Origin: Candidatus Methylomirabilis sp.
GTDB taxonomy: Bacteria > Methylomirabilota > Methylomirabilia > Methylomirabilales > Methylomirabilaceae
DNA: 30,830 nt
Direction: 5' to 3'
Assembly (NCBI GenBank): GCA_041498975.1
Contig: JBGQJI010000012.1
Span: forward strand, 1-30,830
In this document: positions 27,627 through 30,830 of the stretch, piece by piece
How the letters are laid out: the number at the start of each line of letters is the position of its first letter
How positions within the stretch are numbered: position 1 is the stretch's first letter
Made by a program: the position numbers and the translations under genes
The notes under the pieces: model-generated
Seen by the model: the letters and a program-made list of their open reading frames with translations, nothing else
Told to the model about the DNA's origin: nothing
The model's database searches: none

Positions 27627-28562
27627 ATGGAGATCCGCCACTGTAGGATTGGGTTGATTGTCACCTTGGGGGTCGCCGTTGTCGTTGGCTCGCCGTTCAG
27701 TCCGAAGAGTGTCTACGCGCAGGGGAAGGTCCGGATCGCGGTGACGGCATTCGAGAACAAGGCGAAGAGTCCCTACCTCGATCCCAGTTGGAAGATCGGC
27801 GAGGGGCTTGCCGAGATCCTCACCACCGAGCTGGCCAAGACCGGCCAGTTTATCGTTGTCGAGCGGCAGGCGCTTGGCGACATCGTGAAAGAGCAAGAGC
27901 TGGGACAGACCGGCCTGGTTCGCGGTGAGACAGCGGCCAGGACCGGGGAGATCATGGGGGCGCAGATCGTGGTGCGCGGCGCGATCACAGAGTTCGAGGA
28001 GCGGGCGAGTGGAGGCGGCGCCGGGCTCCAGGTACGAGGGTTCCAAGGTGGTGGCGGGGTCAGCAACGCCCACGTTGCGCTCGACATTCGCCTGATCGAC
28101 ACGTCAAGCGGACAGGTGATCGCCTCGCACCGTGCGGCAAAGTCGGTCCCGTCCGGCGGCGGGAAGCTCGATGCCAGGATCGGAACCGTCCAATTCGGGG
28201 GCGAGGCCTTCTTCCAGACGCCATTCGGTCAAGCGACGCGGGCAGCGATGGACGATGCCCTTCAGTTCATCATGGCGACCGCCTTCAAAGCTGTGGTTCC
28301 GTCTTTCTCCATCGTCAAGGTGGAGGGGGGGACGGCCTACATCAATGCGGGCACGAATTCGAATGTCAGGGTCGGCGACGTGTTCATGGTGTACACGAGG
28401 GGAGAAGAGCTGATAGATCCGGATACCGGCCTGAAACTGGGCAGCGACGAGAGGATGATCGGGTCGATCCAGATCACCTCGGTGCAGGAGAAATTTTCGA
28501 TCGGGACGATCAGGGGTAGTACGGGCGCCATGAAGCGAGGCGATCTGGTCAAGGTGCGATGA
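27627..28562 (+). CDS. CsgG/HfaB-family protein with FlgT-C-like domain (non-lipidated signal)
   Basis: RIAVTAFENK, LAEILTTELAKTGQFIVVERQAL..IVKEQEL, GAQ..VRGAITEFE and VALDIRLID..SG.VI. C-terminal YINAG....V.VGD.F.VY..GEELIDPDTG..LG. Signal ends VYA-Q. Alternative start 27618. Confidence 0.85.
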   Translation: MEIRHCRIGLIVTLGVAVVVGSPFSPKSVYAQGKVRIAVTAFENKAKSPYLDPSWKIGEGLAEILTTELAKTGQFIVVERQALGDIVKEQELGQTGLVRGETAARTGEIMGAQIVVRGAITEFEERASGGGAGLQVRGFQGGGGVSNAHVALDIRLIDTSSGQVIASHRAAKSVPSGGGKLDARIGTVQFGGEAFFQTPFGQATRAAMDDALQFIMATAFKAVVPSFSIVKVEGGTAYINAGTNSNVRVGDVFMVYTRGEELIDPDTGLKLGSDERMIGSIQITSVQEKFSIGTIRGSTGAMKRGDLVKVR

Positions 28563-28655
28563 AGGCGCGCTCAGCAGACGCCCATGTGGCGGGAAACTGT
28601 ATGGCTTAGCCCCAGAACAGAGATAGGAATCGTCATTGCTTCGAAAGTCCCCGGG

Positions 28656-28830
28656 TGTCATTGCGAGGGAGCGGAGCGACCGAAGCAATCTGACCCGAAG
28701 GGTCATTCCGAGCAACGCGAGGAATCTCACCGGGATTGCTTCGCTGCGCCTCGCAACGACACTGCGTGTCGGATTGCCGCGCACCCTTCGACTCGGCTCA
28801 GGACAGGCCCTTTGAGTGCTCGCAATGACA
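28656..28830. repeat. Composite/nested REP-like palindromic element
   Basis: Perfect terminal inverted repeat TGTCATTGCGAG...CTCGCAATGACA. Internal GAAGCAATC/GATTGCTTCG arms, plus embedded GTCATTCCGAG..GCGAGGAATCT and CCCTTCGAC..GCTCAGG half-elements. Confidence 0.85.
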
Positions 28831-28985
28831 GATATTTCAGGCCGTTGGTAAGTCTATCTCTGTTCTTGCGATTATGAAATGTCTTGACTTTTGGCACCGG
28901 AAGCGATAACTGAATCACCGGATTACTAATCGGCGTCGTCGTGGATGGGTAGAATGTGCTTGCCGCATACGGGAGGTCATTCGGG

Positions 28986-29987
28986 ATGAACCGCGCTCTT
29001 CTCCCCCTCGCCCTGAGGAAGTTCGTGTTCGCGGCGGTTGGCAGTGCCGCCCTGCTCATCGCCGGGTGTGCAGCCGTACCGCCTCCTGGTGGGCCCGGGC
29101 AGGAGGCTGCGGCCCTCCAGGCTGCTCAGCTCACCTATCCCCCTTACGATGGGCTCAAGAAACGGTTGGCTGTCATCCGGTTTGAGAACAAAGTCAAGAC
29201 TGCGCTTCCCGATCCCAGTTGGAAAATCGGAGAGGGGCTGACGGAAATGATCACGAGCGAGCTGTTCAAGACCGGCCGCTTTATCATGGTGGAGCGCGCA
29301 GCCCTTGCCGACATCGTGAAGGAGCAGGAGTTGGGACAGACCGGCCTCATCCAGAAGGAGACTGCAGCCAAGGTCGGGGAGTTGCTAGGGGCTCAACTTC
29401 TCATCACTGGAGCCGTGACGGAATTCGAGGCTCAGGCTCGGGGAGGCGGAGGGGCGGTGGGGTTCCGCGGAATCGGCGTCAACCTGCGCACACAGAGCGC
29501 GCACGTTGCGGTCGATGTTCGCCTGGTCGATGCCTCAACTGCCCAGATTCTGACCTCGATGAATGCGGAGGCATCAGCGTCGTATACGGGGCTGGGCTTT
29601 ACGGCCAAAATAAAGGGTGTGGATTTTGGCTCTGAAGGGTTTCAGAATACCCCGTTGGGTCAGGCGACCCGCGAGGCGATCTACAAGGCCGTCACGCAGA
29701 TTATCAAAGAGATGGAGAGGTTCCCGTGGACCGGCCGGGTGATCCAGGTCAAGGAGGGGGACATCTATGTGAACGCGGGAGTCAATGTCAACCTGAAACC
29801 CGGTGTGAAGCTCGCCGCGTACGTCAAAGGAGAGGATCTGTTCGATCCCGGCACGGGGCTGAATCTCGGGAGCAGGGACACCCTCGTTGGCACCGTCACC
29901 GTGAGAGATGTACAGGAGAAGTTCAGCATCGGCACATTCGCTGGGAATGGAGCCCTGAAGCGAGGCGACCTCTTGAAGTTCCAGTGA
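28986..29987 (+). CDS. CsgG/HfaB-family lipoprotein with FlgT-C-like domain
   Basis: RBS GGGAGG; lipobox LIAG-C; YDGLKKRLAVIRFENK, KTGRFIMVERAAL..IVKEQEL and GAVTEFE. Close paralog of 27627-28562. Confidence 0.88.
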   Translation: MNRALLPLALRKFVFAAVGSAALLIAGCAAVPPPGGPGQEAAALQAAQLTYPPYDGLKKRLAVIRFENKVKTALPDPSWKIGEGLTEMITSELFKTGRFIMVERAALADIVKEQELGQTGLIQKETAAKVGELLGAQLLITGAVTEFEAQARGGGGAVGFRGIGVNLRTQSAHVAVDVRLVDASTAQILTSMNAEASASYTGLGFTAKIKGVDFGSEGFQNTPLGQATREAIYKAVTQIIKEMERFPWTGRVIQVKEGDIYVNAGVNVNLKPGVKLAAYVKGEDLFDPGTGLNLGSRDTLVGTVTVRDVQEKFSIGTFAGNGALKRGDLLKFQ

Positions 29988-30056
29988 AACAGCCCTCACC
30001 GAAGCCTCTCCCCAGTGGGGAAAGGGTACGAAACGTTTGGAGAAGGAGGTGATGTC

Positions 30057-30251
30057 GTGAAACGATGGGCCAAGCTGTTTTCCCTGTTGCTGCTGACGGT
30101 CATCGGACTTGGCGCATGCTATTATTATGTCCCGCCTCCACCTCCACCGGCGCCACCACCTCCGCCAGCGGCCTATACGCCGCCTCCACAGGGGCCGTCC
30201 CCGCCCCACCCGTATGTCGGCCCCACAGACCCGCAGAGGGGATCTCGGTGA
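30057..30251 (+). CDS. Small polyproline lipoprotein 1 (64 aa)
   Basis: RBS AAGGAGGT, GTG start; MKRWAKLFSLLLLTVIGLGA-CYYYVPPPPPPAPPPPPAAYTPPPQGP... Confidence 0.8.
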   Translation: MKRWAKLFSLLLLTVIGLGACYYYVPPPPPPAPPPPPAAYTPPPQGPSPPHPYVGPTDPQRGSR

Positions 30252-30297
30252 ACCCCGCCGATTCACGACCAGGTCTGGATGAGAAAGGAGGTCATCG

Positions 30298-30450
30298 GTG
30301 CTTCGACGACCAAGCATACTGCTGCTGCTTATCGGGGTAGGGCTCCTGGCGGGGTGCTATGTGTACCAGATGCCGCCGCCCCCTCCGCCCCCGCCACCAC
30401 CAGCCTATGCTCCTCCACCCCCGCCACCTCCCGTGCTGGTTCCTCGGTAG
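30298..30450 (+). CDS. Small polyproline lipoprotein 2 (50 aa; not in the ORF track)
   Basis: RBS AAGGAGGT, GTG start; MLRRPSILLLLIGVGLLAG-CYVYQMPPPPPPPPPPAYAPPPPPPPVLVPR*; perfect lipobox LAGC. Confidence 0.8.
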   Translation: MLRRPSILLLLIGVGLLAGCYVYQMPPPPPPPPPPAYAPPPPPPPVLVPR

Positions 30451-30478
30451 GGCCACGGAGAAAGGAGGATATGGTGTC

Positions 30479-30830
30479 ATGCGTCGAGATCCAGAGAGGC
30501 TAGTCATCAACGATTGTGTCCGGCAGAGTAAAGCTGCCGTGCTTCTGCTTTCAGCGAGTTCATTGGCCCTCGCGCTGACCGCCCTGGCCGGCTGCACCGT
30601 CTACGACTACGGTCCCGGCCGGCCCCCGGTGGTGGTCCCCGGCGTCCTCGTGCCGCCGCCCCCGCCCCAGCCGGCCTACGCGCCCCCCCCGCCACCCCCA
30701 GCCCCGATCGTCCGGCAGGACGTGACGCTGCGAGCCAAGGGGGCCGGGGCGCCCCCGACGAAGGCCGCGAACGCCGCCCAGGCCCGCCTCATGTCGGAGC
30801 GGGCAGCCAAGGTGGACGGGTACCGCAACC
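30479..30830 (+). CDS. LPP20/FlgP-like lipoprotein with Pro-rich N-terminus (truncated by window end; not in the ORF track)
   Basis: RBS AAGGAGG; lipobox LAG-C; CTVYDYGPG..PPPPPQPAYAPPPPPP, then LRAKGAGAPP..AQARLMSERAAKVDGYRN, the LPP20/FlgP pattern A.G.G....QA.LMA.RAA..D.YR.L. Frame is open to the end. Confidence 0.78.
   Translation, partial: MRRDPERLVINDCVRQSKAAVLLLSASSLALALTALAGCTVYDYGPGRPPVVVPGVLVPPPPPQPAYAPPPPPPAPIVRQDVTLRAKGAGAPPTKAANAAQARLMSERAAKVDGYRN

Noticed and set aside
27537..28073. Minus-strand ORF after the Rhs gene as a possible immunity protein
   Set aside because: It is antisense to and largely inside the clear CsgG-family gene, in the wrong orientation, with no supporting features.
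28892..28904. TGGCAC sigma-54-like element upstream of the second csgG-like gene
   Set aside because: GG-to-GC spacing is 8 nt rather than the required 10 nt.
19955..30830. CRISPR array or DNA-level tandem repeat array
   Set aside because: All repeats are in-frame protein repeats, proline codon runs or palindromic elements. There is no constant repeat-spacer periodicity and no cas gene.

Overview
GC-rich bacterial chromosome window with two halves. The left half (1-16.4 kb) is housekeeping and metabolic: the 5' tip of clpP, tig, tRNA-Leu(TAG), alr, an eroded tandem array of secreted CARDB-type genes, rpiA-fbp-fbaB, an ACT protein, a pxpABC + lipoprotein + DUF4392 (glutamate-cyclase-like) operon, a GalT-family gene, and glnB-glnA with a sigma-54 promoter and NtrC-like boxes. 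The right half (16.6 kb to the window end, all + strand) is an uninterrupted run of exported proteins. It encodes a FlgT-N-domain protein, a His-tailed small protein, a ~1318-aa multi-Ig/repeat protein, a Sec-signal DUF6531-Rhs/YD protein with no downstream immunity gene, two paralogous CsgG/HfaB+FlgT-C-like proteins, two tiny polyproline lipoproteins (one missing from the ORF track) and a truncated LPP20/FlgP-like lipoprotein. This cluster is the best candidate for an undescribed envelope secretion or surface-display system; the two large proteins also share a short homologous motif. All domain calls come from recognising motifs by eye, with no database searches.
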